Shown here piece by piece: positions 11,720 to 25,277 of a DNA stretch of 64,000 bases (positions within the stretch are counted from its first letter, which is position 1; each line of letters opens with the position of its first letter). The position numbers were made by a program, and so were the translations under genes. The notes beneath the pieces were generated by a model. That model had not been told where the DNA came from. It saw nothing but the letters and a program-made list of their open reading frames with translations, and ran no database searches. The stretch is from contig CM059432.1 in NCBI GenBank assembly GCA_030390025.1, positions 25,856,001 to 25,920,000 on the forward strand, given 5' to 3'. This DNA is from Squalus acanthias. Its lineage: Eukaryota.

Positions 11720-11800
11720 TCTTCTCACCTGATGAGGAGATTGATGTGATACCTAAAAGCTTGTGAGGAAAGAAACTGCTTTGTAATTGACAGTGAAATA
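11720..11800 (+). mobile_element. Degraded Penelope-like tail with a decayed hammerhead core
   Basis: cacCTGATGAggag...aaaaGCTTGT followed by aataaa, the same layout as the tail at 51776-51815. Confidence 0.45.
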
Positions 11801-12207
11801 AAGGGTTTTCTATTTGCTGCAACCTTAATTAAAAATAAGGGTTTTTATCTTTTTTCATTCAACCAGGCCAATGGAGAAATGTTTTTAGAATCAAACGGGG
11901 TTATTTGAAGGATAACAAGCATATTTCTACTTTCAGTGAAAACACAACAGTTAACATGCTTGTATAAAAGCATTTAACCATCATTTAATTACAGCACAAC
12001 ATTTCCTAAAGCTGTAAGAACATGTAGTTAAATTCAAATTTTTTATTTTTTTAGTTTTTTCCTCTCGCATGTCAGCTGTTGATGATTCTGCCATTGCCAT
12101 TTACACCTCATCTAGAGTCATCTTTTGTTCCTTAACTTGTCCCATTTCCATCTCCTTTTGCCTTGCACCATCATCCCTTTTGTCTTTTAATGTCTCCTGC
12201 CTTCCAT

Positions 12208-12624
12208 AGAAACATAGAATCTAGGAGCAGGAGTAGGCCATTCGGCCCGTCGAGCCTGTTCCACCATTCAATACGATCATGGCTGATCATCCAAATCCAG
12301 TACCCTGTCCCTGCTTTAATCCCCACAGTACACATATCCCACCCTACCCCCGTAACCCCACGTATTTAATTCCCCCTAACATATCCCATCCTATCCCCAT
12401 AACCCCACATATTTAATCCCCCCCTAACACTAAGGGTCAATTTATCATAGCCAAATCAACCTAACCCGCACATTTTTGGACTGTGGGAGGAAACCGGAGC
12501 ACCCGGAGGAAACCCACGCAGACACGGGGAGAATGTGCAAACTCCACACAGACAGTCACCCGAGGTCAGATTCGAACCCAGGTCCCTGGCGCTGTGAGGC
12601 ACCAGTGCTAACCACTATGCCACA
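12208..12624 (-). mobile_element. HE1/V-SINE-like tRNA-derived SINE with CR1-derived tail, copy 1
   Basis: Minus-strand tRNA head (GTGGCATAGTGGTTAGCACT...GGTTCGAATC), V-domain-like core, tail matching the CR1 3' end; 7-bp TSD CTTCCAT. Confidence 0.85.
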
Positions 12625-12728
12625 CTTCCATCCTATCACAGACCTTCCCTTTGTTCTTTTCTCCCCTCCTCCCTTTCCCTGCCCCACACTTGCTTAAAAA
12701 TCTGTCACATCTCTAACTTTTTCCAGTT

Positions 12729-12757
12729 CTGACGAAGGGTCATCGACCTGAAACGTT
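12729..12757 (+). ncRNA. Minimal hammerhead ribozyme core, disrupted by a Harbinger insertion
   Basis: CTGACGA-AGGGTC-ATC-GACCT-GAAAC-GTT, with AACTC resuming after the TSD at 14313-14315. Confidence 0.7.
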
Positions 12758-14312
12758 GACCGCAAATTTAATTCTGGAGGCGGGATGGGGGCGGGTCAGC
12801 TGGTTTCCGGGTTCCAGTCCCGCCCCCAGCTACCTCCGCTCTGCAGACGTGATTTTCCCTTGATTGGCCTTGTTAAGCCCGCCCTGCGGGCTTACCGGCC
12901 AATTAACAGGAAGTGGGTCTGATGACATCATTTGATGATGCGTCTTCTGCCGGTTTCCTTAAAGGGACCATGCACAATTTTATTTTGACAGTTGATCTGT
13001 CAGTGTTTGACAGCATTGAAGTGCTGCAAATACTGACAATCACTGCAAAGGTGAACACTTGCACACAGGCTCTCCAATGACTCCCTCCATATGCTTATGG
13101 AGGGAGCCACAGCATGCAGGAGGTTCTCTTCCCTTCCGAGGGTGGTAGAGACATCCCCAGAACACCAACCTCCACCCAACCCTCTCCATCTACTTTATCA
13201 CTTCCCCATCTCACTAGCAACCCCTCACCCTCACCCTCATCCTACTGCAAGCATACCAACTAACAACACACAAGGGTAGACACTTGAGAGGTTTAGCCAA
13301 TGTCCATGTGAAGTTTCTGGTAATGTGTTGTCATACAGTATAATACCGTTTTCCAAAAGTGCCCATAATTGGACAGATCTGAGTGCACATTGAGAAGTGT
13401 CTTACTGAGTTCCAGTGATTGTTCAGTCATAACTCCGCCGCCCCCCCCCCCCCACCACCCCCGCTATAGTGATGTGTGTGCATGGAATGGCTTGGACATT
13501 AAAGGGATGCTTCACGGTGCTGCTGTCGGATGGTGTCAACCTGGTAGCCAGGATTTACAGCATCAAGTGAAGAAAATCTGGCCATGGTGATGCCTCCCGG
13601 CCAGCAATTTTCGTCAGGTGCTGATGCCCTGTGTCCAGTGCAGCATCAGGTGGGTGAGGAGGAGGTTGGCGCTCCTGGTGCTGGTGCTGCTGTTGTGGCT
13701 GGTTGTGGTACTGCCGCAGCTGCACTTCCTCTGAATCTGACGACCAGGATGAGAGGATGTAAATGGTTCCCATCCCGTTGCTATAGATTTCAGTTGAGGC
13801 AAGAAGCTTGCAAGCGCACACTCAAAGTAGCCTGAAATTATTCCAATCAGGTAACACTGCAGATGGGTGTCAGCTTGAACAGTCACAAGGTCAGTAGATT
13901 TGCAAAATCTTATCCCAAACCTCCAACAACAAAGTTGTTGCATTTGAATGTCAGCCATGTTACAGGAGCGCTTTTAAAGTGCTGCACCAATGACTACAAA
14001 TCATGTCCTCCAGCAACTCATCTCCTTACAGCTGGCCTGTTTCTGACAAGACAGGAAACAGGAGCTAGAAGCCCGAAAATGGGAAACCACTTTCAAAATG
14101 GGATTAGCAAGGCAGTTAACAGGCTCTTAACTGCCTTAACTACCTGTCCCACTGGTTCCAGTCGGGTCAGTTTGGGAGCGGCTGACCCGACACTCACGAA
14201 AATCGGGTGGGGGTGGGATGGAGGCGGGTTGGGCATCTGAAGCCATTTTTTTCGATTTTCGCTGCCGACCCGCCTCCAAACCCGCCTCCTCAGGGCTATT
14301 ACAATCGAGCCC
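12758..14312. mobile_element. Internally deleted Harbinger (same family as 35238-38470)
   Basis: TSD GTT. Keeps the transposase-side N-terminus on - (MGTIYILSSWSSDSEE, ~13770) and a Myb N-terminal remnant on + (~13060-13140, SNDSLHMLMEG...EVLFPS). Confidence 0.85.
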
Positions 14313-14901
14313 GTTAACTCTGTTTCTCTCTCCACAATGCTGCCTGACCTGCTGAGTGTTTCCAGCATTTCCTGTTTTTATTTTAGTTAAATTCAACTAT
14401 TTGTTTTGTTGCTGCCTCCAATTGTGCAGCCAAGTTTATCCGACGAGAAACTTATAACACAAACCAGACAAGCTTCCAGGTTTGGTGGCTGCTCTGTGCT
14501 GATCTCAGCACGAGTGGTAATAGGAGACACTACAGTTGGTTTTAACATGACTTAGATAGTGAAAAAAATCAGCCAGAGGTCCTGCTTGCGATCATGCTTC
14601 CCCGCATTACAGCACTTCAAATAAAGCACTTCATTGGCTGTAATGCGCTTTCGGACGTCCTGAGATTGTGAACGATTCTTCTCACACAGTCCACCAGCTG
14701 CATAATGGGACAGCTGACAAAATTTAGATGAACCACAGGGGCCTACGAAGCCTGGTGCCAGCTTGTGAGCCTGCCCAGCCCCTCTATCTGCTTTGAGGTA
14801 CACTGAGCAACTCATGGACATTGTGGGCCTCAGGATCCCCTGCACCTGAGATTAGGGCGAAGCAGACTCCCAATACAACTCAATGCCTTGGGACCCACCA
14901 T

Positions 14902-15594
14902 GGGGGAGATTTTAACCCTACTCACTCAACAGAAACCTGGCGGGTGGGCAGTTAAAATCACCCTGCCTCTTATTTGTCAGAAAGCCGCCATGATCGCAAC
15001 ATCTGCAATTTTAAACTGCTCTCCTGAGCAGGCAGCGAGGACACGCGTCCGGAGCCAAAAGGGTCAAAGGAACATCGGAACAGGAGTAGACCATTCAGCC
15101 CCTCGAGCCTGTTCCGCCATTCAGTGAGGTCATGGCCGATCTGCAACCTAACTCCATATACCTGCCTTTGGCCCATATCCATTAATACCTTTGGTTAACA
15201 AAAAGCTATCAATTTCAGATTTTAAATTAACAATTGATCCAGCATCAATTACCGTTTGCGGAAGAGAGTTCCAAACTTCTACCAGCCTTTGTGTGTAGAA
15301 GAGTTTCCTAATTTTATTCCTGAAAGGTCTGGCTCTAATTTTTAGACTATGCCCCTTAGTCCTAGACTCCCAACCAGCTGAAATAGTTTCTCTCTTCCGA
15401 CCCTATCTATTCCCCTTAATATCTTGAAAACTTCGATCAGATCACCCCTTAACCTTCTAAGGTCTAGGGAATACAACCCTAATTTGGGTCCTTCTGTACA
15501 TATGCATGTTGCGGCCCTTTGGCATCATTGAGACCCGACTGTAATTTTAACTCAGGCCTGAGCAGGAAATCCACCTGGAGTTAAAATCGCAGCC
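14902..15594. mobile_element. Small Harbinger-type MITE interrupted by a CR1 3' end (15069-15490, minus strand)
   Basis: GGGGGAGATTTTAAC...GTTAAAATCGCAGCC ends; the CR1 tail is nearly the same as 18613-19030. Confidence 0.7.
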
Positions 15595-16813
15595 ACATCA
15601 GCCCCACAGACAGCTTTACTTTGACGAGACATTGTCAATCAGTTCATTATATCATTTTTAAAATTTCACACTTATAATGAATGAAGCAGAAGATAATGGC
15701 ATGTATGATATCAATTTTTACTTTACATTCTCCATTACATATTACAACAGTAATAGCCTCTAAATGAAGCTATAATATATGTTAATCATTCAAAGTGTGG
15801 GGGACTGAAAAATTCCAGTTAGACAATGGTTATTAAATGCATTTGGAGGCACTCTGAGGAACTGTGACTAAAATGTGTTGCTTTTGGATTATTTCAGCAT
15901 AATCAGTCCATCTACAAGCGTTTATCAGTCAGCATTACTGAAGTCACTGGAAAAATATTCCAGCGAGATTTAAAACGAGCTGCCGACTCGCTATCACCCA
16001 TCGTGATCGTTCAAAGACAAGATCTACCCCATTGTCTTGGTCCATACATGAAGAATGATCAGTTAAGTGAGGTAATAGAGAGCTTCTGGTATCTTTACAG
16101 CCAAATTCCACCATGAGATCACTCCTTCAGGAGAAAATGGCCACTTGTGCGAGGTATCAGTGGTCAGCTGGTGACAGTGGAACTGTGCCTCAGAAAGAGT
16201 TAATACCTTCAGGAGTGCAAGGCAGAAAATTGGGGAGGGCCTACAATATGCCAACTACTTTGAAAGAAATGCTGCAACAAACGCCTATTACTGTATCAAC
16301 TCTCCTCTGTAACCAACCTGGCTCCATTTCAGTTTAGCTTGCAGAGCAATTGGCCCCTGGCTGTTGTAGCGATTTCCCGCATGTAAGCTCCTATACATCA
16401 CACTTTTAATAACAATTCGAGGTGTCTCAAATAAAAACTTATATCCCCCACGTTATTATCTCCTATTCCACTCACTATGGGGTAAATTCACCATTCTTTT
16501 ATTTTCAATTCATTCTCGGGGTGTGAACCTTGCTGAAATGGAGCAAGGATTGCAGAATCAGTGTCACAGTGTTGTAGCCTCCTTATCTCTGGCCTGCATT
16601 CTCCTCAAGCATAGCTCTTGCTGGGAGCACGGGATCAGTGAATTTACCTCAACACGTGTGAAACTGTTGTAAGAATTAAACAGTTGAAATATAGCCATCT
16701 ACATTCCTATTGAATTGGCAGCAAGCATATCCTCACTGGCTTCACTTTCTCCAACATTCACGAACATCAGCTAATCCAGAATTCAGTCCCCCACAAAGTC
16801 GCATGCACTTATC

Positions 16814-17578
16814 GGCCTAGAAATTCGATTCGGAGGCTTGCCGCGGGGGTAAGGATCGCGCGCGATATCACTTACCGCGTCTGCCGTTCTTGTTTGCCCC
16901 CGCAGGAACTTCAGGTCCTGGGCCTCTCCCTAGTGCCGGCGCGCAGTGCTTGCGTGTTCCAGGGGCGCAGTTAGTGCGATGCGACCCCTGGGATCACGTG
17001 GGCCATGGAGAGCCAATGGCAGCAGACCATCTTTCATTCATAGATTTGACAGGAGACCTGTCAAATCTGTGAATTGAAATCGGCCCCAAAAGAACAGCTA
17101 AACCTCAAATAATTTTTTTTTAAAAACCATCACATTAATAAAATAACTATAGTTAAATAAATTAACCACTTTAAACAAAAATTTAAATTTTTGAAAAAAT
17201 TAAAATACTTTTTAAAAGTTATAAAAATAAACTTACCTTTCTTTAAAGTCTCTAAAAAAGATAAACCTGTTGAAAACATTTTAAAATTATACTTAATTAA
17301 CTACTTACCTTGTTCAAAAGGGGTCTTACGCCTCCTTTTTACTTGCGTAGAATCTTCCATACTTACCCTCGCGTTGAAACCTGAAAAAAAACCTAAGTGT
17401 GCTGCGTGCGCGCAGCCTCTAGTGCGCACGCGGTTCACCTAGGAACCACCCCCTTCGCCATACCGGAAGTGCCGGTTTCCCGCGCATGCGCAGTGCATGC
17501 AGGAAACCGACACTTCGGGAACGAATACGGGTGAGTACGCACTGAGTACTCACCCGAGAACGGCCGAATTGTTGGGCC
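16814..17578. mobile_element. Harbinger-type MITE (MITE-C) with AT-rich core, copy 1
   Basis: TIR GGCCTAGAAATTCG...CGAATTGTTGGGCC; TSD ATC; second copy at 56315-57025. Confidence 0.85.
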
Positions 17579-18612
17579 ATCAAGTTCCACCTGTTTCCTT
17601 TACCCAAGTGAATCCATTTAAAATCCCTGTCCTCATCTTCAAATCTTTCCATAGCCTCATCCTACCCCTTTTGACTGATCTTCTCCAAAGCACAGGTCCT
17701 TACAAATACCTCCTTACTCCTGCTTACTGCTTGAAATCTGCATCACCGTTAATCCTTCAGTCACTACTCTGGAATTCTCTTCTAAAAACCCTTCGGCTTA
17801 CTTGCTACCTCCATGTCTTCAAAAGCCTCCTAAAAATCCTTCCACGCTTTTAGTCGTTCCTTTACTTTTCCTCCTTTTTTCTGCTCCGCATTCACTTTTC
17901 TCCTCTTTGTTGAGTGATCTGATATGTTCCTTTTTTGCGACGAGCGTTACACAAACATAAGTTGCTGTGGTGCTTGTCATCATCGTCGTCATCCACAGTA
18001 AGTCGTTCACTGTCAAGGCTCGCACCTGAATAATGGGCACTTGGGCGACACATCAGAGGTAAGCTCGTGCCCGTGAAACTTTAACCCAGCAATTGTCAGC
18101 ACAGTCAAGAGAGGAAAGAGGAGAAAAAATAAACGTCAAAGGAGACCAGCTTGTCCGATGGTTCAGATGGCTCAGTGAGAAGCTGAGCCATTCAAGCCAG
18201 GCATAAGCCTTAGTCTGTGCTGACTCAGTTGACTGCAGGCACAATAAGAATGCAGCCACTAAGATCACCCTCAGCAGCCCTGGGCTAGGGAGAGGACAAA
18301 GAAAAAACAGTATCATGATATCTGTTGAAACGTGCATGAGATATGATACACTTTAATAAAAAAGAGCCATATTCTAAAATGTATCTTTAGATAAAGTTTG
18401 TTCGAAGGCTTATTCTGCAGTCCGATGAGCAATGAAATATTTGGCGCTTGCATCAGGATTTTGGATTTCAGTATTGTGCTTACATATTTTCATTCTCGGG
18501 ATGTGGTCATTTCTGGCAAGGCTGGCATTTATTGCCCATCCCTAGTTGCCCTGGGAAGGTGATAGTGGGACTTCTTCTTGAACCGCTGCAGACAAGTTTT
18601 TGTAGCAGTTTT

Positions 18613-19745
18613 AGGAACACAGGAACGTAGGAACAGGAATAGGCCATTCAGCCCCTCGAGCCTGCCAATCAATGAGATCATGGCTGATCTGCGACCTAAC
18701 TCCATATAACCTTGGCCCATATCCGTTAATACCTTTGGTTAACAGAAAGCTATCAATCTCCGATTTAAAATTAACAATTGATATAGCATCAATTGCTGTT
18801 TGCGGAAGAGCGTTCCAAACTTCTACCACCCTTTGTGTGTAGAAGTGTTTCCTAATTTCACTCCTGAAAGATCTGGCTCTAATTTTTAGACTATGCCCCC
18901 TAGTCCTAGAATCCCCAACCAGCAGAAATAGTTTCTCTCTATCTACCTTATCTGTTCCCCTTAATATCTTGAAAACTTCAATCAGATCACCCCTTAATCT
19001 TCTAAATTCTAGGGAATACAACCCTAATTTGTGTAATCGCTCCTCATAACTTAACCCTTGAAGTCCAGGTATTATTCTGGTAAGCCTACCCTGCAGTCCC
19101 TCCAAGGCCAATATATCCTTCCTGGTCTAACCAGGGTTTTCTATAGCTGCAGCATAACTTCTACCCCCTTGTATTCTAGTCCTCTAAATATAAAGGCCAG
19201 CATTCCATTGGCCTTTTTGATTATTTTCTGTACCTGTTCATGACATTTTAATGATCTATGTACCTGGACCCCCAAGTCTCTTTGCACCTCCACTGTTTTT
19301 AACCTTTCACCATTTAGAAAGTACCCTGTTCTATCCTTTTTAGGTCAAAAGTGGATGACCTCACATTTGCCTACATTGAAATCCATTTGCCACAGTTTTG
19401 CCCATTCACTTAATCTGTCGATAACCCTTTGTAATATTATGCTTCCATCTACACTGCCTACAATTCCACCTATCTTTGTGTCATCGGCAAATTTGGATGT
19501 ATGACATTCTATGCCATCATCTAAGTTGTTAATAAATACTGTGACTAGTTGAGGCCCCAACACAGATCCCTGCGGCGGACACCACTAGTCACCTCCTGCC
19601 AATTTGAGTACCTACCCATGATCCCTACTGCCTGCCTCCTGCCGCTCAGCCAATTTCCTAACCAGGTCAATAATTTGCCCTCAATTCCATGGGCTTCTAC
19701 GTTAGTTAACAGTCTCTTAAGTGGGACTTTATCAAATGCCTTCTG
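18613..19745 (-). mobile_element. CR1 3' fragment (RT C-terminal half plus tail)
   Basis: ORFs 18611-19111 and 19345-19563 (SKFADDTK, LEFRRLRGDLIE, WNALP). Confidence 0.9.
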
Positions 19746-20631
19746 TCTTTTGATACAACTGAGTGACTTGCTAGGCCACTTCAGAGTAGTTAAGTGCTAC
19801 CCAACTACCAGCAGTCACGCAATCTCCTGGGAAAGGCAAAAAACTCAATGTAAGATCCCTACTCCAATTGAGGGGAGGTAATCTGCTACATTATATGAAC
19901 CCCGAAGACAATCAAAATGAGTTCCTTGAGATCACAGCGGCCGTGAGTCATATCGCCCTCTCCCTTGTACACCATGATATCAGACACAGCCAGGAGCTCA
20001 CTCAGTTCCCTTTTGAATGTTTTCAGCGAATCTGCACTCGCTGCACGAGCCGGCAACTCATTCCAAAGGTCAATGACCTTCTGTGAAAGAGAAACCTCCT
20101 GCCATCTAACTTAGTCCTATGCTTACACAATTTATATGCAAGTTCCCTGCTTCTCTCTAACCTATCTAATTGGCTAAGTGAATTCTAGACAGTGTGAAAA
20201 GATTTGGTACATTTGAATTCTCTGCTAGGAAGGGAATAATGATTAGACTTAGTAATTAGAATTGTCTGCTTCCCTAAGTACTATACATTACGTGCACATT
20301 TTACCCCACTTTTCTCCCTTCCACAGTTCCACATGTGTCATACACTATCTGGTACCTTGTCCAAATTGTTATTCTTTGTGATTCAATCTAGGCAGTGAAT
20401 ATCGTCAGGTTATTCAAATATGGTGGGAATTCTAACCAAGCCTAATTCTGTCCTCACCCAACTTCTGCGCTTTCTAGCAGGGATCACTGGATAGCAACCA
20501 GGAGTATGAATCCTAGCTGTTTATTACTTTCCCCAGTCGGAAATATTAAGGCCAATTGTAGCACCCTACCACCATTCTGCCACCTATTGACATGAAATAG
20601 ATTGGATGGAGTCATACTGGAGCAAGTTACA

Positions 20632-21020
20632 CAAGAACATCAGAAATAGGAGCAGGAGTAGGCCATACGGCCCTTCGAGCCTGCTCCGCCATTCAATAAG
20701 ATCATGGCTGATCTTCTATCTCAACTCCACCTTCCGCACTATTCCCATATCCCTTGATTCCCTTAGTATCCAAAAATCTATCGATCTCTGTCTTGAATAT
20801 ACTCAATGACTGAGCAGCCACAGCTTTCTGGGGTAGAGAATTCCAAAGATTCACCACCCTCTGAGTGAAGAAATTTCTCCTCATCTCAGTCCTAAATGGT
20901 CAACCCCTTATTTTGAGACTGTGACCCCCTGGTTCTAGACTCCGCAGCCAGAGGAAACATGCTCCCAGCATCTACCCTGTCAAGCTCCTTAAGAATTTTG
21001 TATATTTCAATGAGATAACT
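20632..21020 (-). mobile_element. CR1 3' end fragment
   Basis: MRRNFFTQRVVNLWNSLPQ plus CR1 tail. Confidence 0.88.
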
Positions 21021-23459
21021 TGTAGAAGTCTGTGGGAGGAATGAGTTTTTTGGACTTAATGGCGTGTTATTGTTTCATACATTCTTAGGATTTCCCATTG
21101 GCCTCCACACAGAGGTCTAACAGTAGCCATTTATTGAATGTTTTTTCTCCCACACCAGCCAGCTTACATTTTCTCTGAGCAAGAATGCCAATTTATTGCC
21201 AACTGTGCCACATTATCGTTAATTTTGTGATAAGGACTCACAGTCTTCAGGAACTGGGTTGACTGCCCCAAAATCATTTTGCTTAGGACCATTAGAAAGA
21301 GTTTCATTCCATCAATGGTCCAGGTTGAAATTCAACTACCAGAGACGAAAGAACAGTGTTGCCCCCTCAGTTTAAAAAAAAAGTAAATGTTAAAAAGGAA
21401 TTAAAAAAACCTTCTGTTAATCAACTCAGAGCACTTCACATACAATAAATTACTTTGAAGTGATTGCTGTTAGATACCAAATTAGGCAGCCATTTTGCAC
21501 AAATCATTATCCCAAAATAAGATGAGTGGATAGCTAATCTGTTTGTGGTGGCATTGACTAGAAGAGCAATCTTGGTCAGGACACTGGGAGAACATACTGG
21601 TCCTTTTCTAATAATGTCTTGTGATTCTTAATGTTCACCTGACCTATTGTCATGGATAAAACCTTGGTTTATAGCTTCATCCAAACCTCCAACTATGCAG
21701 CACTCTTATATAATGTGTCTAACTCCTGAATTAGACTTGAACCTGCAGTCTTCTAATTCAGAGGCTAAGCCATCTTGACTTTTACAGTGAGAAACATACA
21801 ACTATATTGATTATTTGTAGTCACTGTAATTCCTCTTTACATTGGTGCTCAATTTTGATTGCATTCTTCAAGGGTTAGTCAACTGCTAAAAAAAAATCCA
21901 TTTATTTCTCTCTCTTCCTGAACAGACTGATCCTTGCTAAGGTATGGTGTATGGGGTCATTAATTCTCACCACCTCTCCTGCACCTCTCCTCCAGGATTA
22001 TGTTAGATTTCCTATTGCAGGGATCACAGCTTCATTGGCATTGTACACCTGATTGAGTGTTAGATATTGCTTCAAAGCAGTGAATTTTCCATTTTATTTT
22101 TACTCTAGTGCAGCAAAGCTTTGATTGATCTGTCCAATTCCCCCTTGAGTGGCCAGTGTTGCATTGTTCTCTGTACATTTTGTCAGCTTTTTATTTTTTT
22201 ATGAGTTCATGAAAATCTATTCCCTTTGCATAAAGAGATTTATTGGTAGCGAGACCCGAAGGGCCTTTTTAAAAAAAAAACACGCTGGTTATTATGGTTC
22301 TGTGATACCAGCAGCCCAGTGGTGCTTCACACAAGTGGCCATTCTTTATTTGTGAGCCTAAGCAATGAATGCAGCAAATTATTTGGGCATCACAGTTATG
22401 GCTGACCTGGTCCTCATTTGGCATTCACATATATGTACTTTTTAACAGGGGCCGCTGGATACTTAGAAACAACATTAACCCTAGACAGTTTTATACTGTT
22501 CTACCTCAGGGGCACTGATCCCAACTAGAGTACCACTTCCATAGCGGCTGCTGAGATTAATTAGCTAAGTTAGCACAGACCAGGAAGCTGAGCCTTCCAG
22601 TTCTACAGGACACAATGCTGCCCAGATGCAAAAGCATTGGTTTTTTTCCAAATACAATAGATGCCATGATGGTAGAGTTAATACACTAGAGAGATGAGCT
22701 TCAAATTTCTGGAGAGCCTCTTCTCATTCTTCGCTTTATTATATTCTCATGAGGCAGTAGACTTTCATCTCAACCGTTTAGGCTGGATTTGAGCCCAAGT
22801 CCCAGAGGCGAAAGAAGAGTATGCTAATAGTCCCCAATCCCTACAAAACCTAGTGCACCACCCTACTTTAACCCAAACCACTACCCTGTTCCCAGGAGGT
22901 TTTATTTTCATGCCAGCTTCTTGCCAGTATTGTTATTTTGGCTGGGTACTCCTGTGCTATTTTTGTACTGTTGGTCATCTTAGGAGAACTGAAAGATCAA
23001 TCAAATTCCACATCAGATATTGCATGTCAGATGTTCTGAAGAGCTTCCCCATGCTTTCCAAACAATGTGCCTCAGCCCCAGTCTCTGAATAGCTCCCATT
23101 GCTGCACCAGTGCAAGTTATAGTAAATATGGCAACAAATCATGTATCTCCAAATTTTTCAACCAACAACACCCTCTTATGGCTTCCTTGGAAGTTTAGAA
23201 AGTTTATAGAGCATTTGGATTATACAGCATATAGCTAATCCATGCAGACCAGGAAGGAAGGTCTTAAATTCAATCCCTACTCTATACTGAGTGATCGCAC
23301 CTTGAGTGTGATCAAACTACTGTGGTCGCAGCATCCCTGGGTTAGAAAGGGAAACATTCTCCAGAGTGCTATCCATTAACCTTTCATGAAAAGCACTTTT
23401 GTATTGATATTGGGTTAGGCCAGAAACTAGACATGAATGCAACTCCTCCACCCCTACAG

Positions 23460-23740
23460 TGCTCAAGAACTCTGTGTTCCTCCAACTCTGGAGTCTTATG
23501 CAACCACCACTTGGCCGTGCTTCAGCTGTCTAGGCCCTATGCTTTGAAATTCCCCCCTTAAACCTCTCTGCCTCTCTCTCCTCCTGTAAGACCCTCCTTA
23601 AAACCTATCTCTTTGACCAGGCTTATAGTCACTCATCCTAATATCGCCTTCATCAGCTCAGTGTTGATTTTCATCTGTTACACTCCTTTGAAACGCCTTG
23701 GGACATTTTTCTACATTAAAGGTGCTATATAAATGCAAGT
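23460..23740 (+). mobile_element. L2-like LINE 3' end
   Basis: Decayed WNSLP..FKTLLKTYLF-type end; tail aaggtgctatataaatgcaag. Similar remnants at ~17600-17860 and ~31440-31630. Confidence 0.6.
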
Positions 23741-23741
23741 A

Positions 23742-24200
23742 AAAGAAAGACTTGCATTTATATAGCGCCTTTCATGACCACCAGACGTCCCAAAGCGCTT
23801 TACAGCCAATGAGGTACTTTTTTGAAGTGTAGCCACTGTTGTAATATAGAAAACGTGGCAGCCAATTTGCGCACAGCAAGCTCCCACAAACAGCAATGTC
23901 ATAATGACCAGATAATCTGCTTTTTTAGTGACGTTGATTGAGGGATAAATATTGGCCAGGACACCAGGGATTACTCTCCTGCTCTTCCTCGAAATAGTGC
24001 CATGGGATCTTTTACGTCCACCTGAGAGAGTAGGCGGGGCCTCAGTTTAACGTCTCATCCAAAAGACAGCACCTCCGACAGTGCAGCACTCCCTCAGTAC
24101 TGCATTGGAACATAGATTTTTGTGTTCAAGTTTCTGGAAGTAGGACTTGAACCCACAACCTTCTGACTCAGAGGCAAGAAGTGCTACCAACTGAGCCACA
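23742..24200 (-). mobile_element. SacSINE1/DeuSINE-like tRNA-derived SINE
   Basis: Reverse complement of 43665-44130: tRNA-like head, Deu-like core, L2-type tail. Confidence 0.8.
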
Positions 24201-25277
24201 GTAGCTGCTGGCATTTAGTTTCAAGGTTCACTTGAGTGAAATAACTGAGGGAAAATGGCACTTGAGGAAGGCTAAAAAAATTGGCATTTTGACTTTTAAA
24301 CAGTTACAGTTTCCCTGAACAATTTAGTTAAATATACTGCAGACTTGTGTCTGCTTGGACCTACAATATAATTCCCTATACGAAAGAGAGATGAAACTTT
24401 AATCCCAGCTCTCTGGATTAAGTGTAATGCTTTGTAAAAAAAACAACGCATATTGTACCACCTCTATCTACTCAGAATTTAAAGGGACACTGAAACCTTG
24501 TTGCACAAAGCCTAATAATGTCAAAATACCACGCACTGACATCCTTAGCTGTCAGCTGAGATTAATGAAGCTTTATTCTGGGTGAGCCATTTGGTGCAGG
24601 GAAGTCAGGATGATTTAATGTGTGATAAAAGATAATAAAACAGGCAATAAATTATACAAGAGGCGCGTTAGCAACGCGGACTTAATTGATACTACTGCTT
24701 TTAAAAGTCTGCAAATCCAGAACCATTAAAAGTTAAAGCAATCTCTCAGGCAATGACTTGTCAGTTTGGGGCATAATTGACTTTTATGTTTCATATAAAG
24801 GGAGAAGGTAAATGATGCTTTCTCCGATAATATAATGCAAATGAACCAGCCAAGGGTCCCTCCTAATGGTAACATGTAATCAATAACTCATTCAAATCTT
24901 TACCTCTAACACTGGGAAATGATATTGTGTATCTGTCTCCATCCTCCTTAATCTTCTGAAACCCTTGGAACCACACTGAGGTGATTAAACTCCATTAGCA
25001 GATACTTTATTTGAATCCGGCTCTTCAATTGGCCAACCAGTAAGTACTAATTCTCGGTAAAAGCCTTGAACGCGATGAGTGCATCCTTTCCCCCAAAGGA
25101 GATTATACACTTTAACTACAACATCGAAAACTTTTTTTATGCTGTTCAATCTAGCCTGACGCTCCAGTGTACTATTCGAGTAGTGCCGAGAGGACATCCT
25201 ATGGATGAAATGTTAAACTGGGGGTCTGTTAGGGGGACATTAAAGATCTCGTGGCACTAGTCGAAGAAGAAGAGCAT

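Larger units (their letters stand above)
12066..14385 (+). mobile_element. Penelope-like 3' tail fragment split by a SINE (12208-12624) and a Harbinger (12758-14312)
   Basis: Colinear similarity to 61045-61361 (catctagag.catcttttg, cagaccttccc, gacctgaaacgttaactctgtttctctctccac). Confidence 0.85.

Noticed and set aside
12476..12697. ORF MDCGRKPEHPEETHADTGRMCKLH (also 48061-48294)
   Set aside because: Antisense translation of the SINE core.
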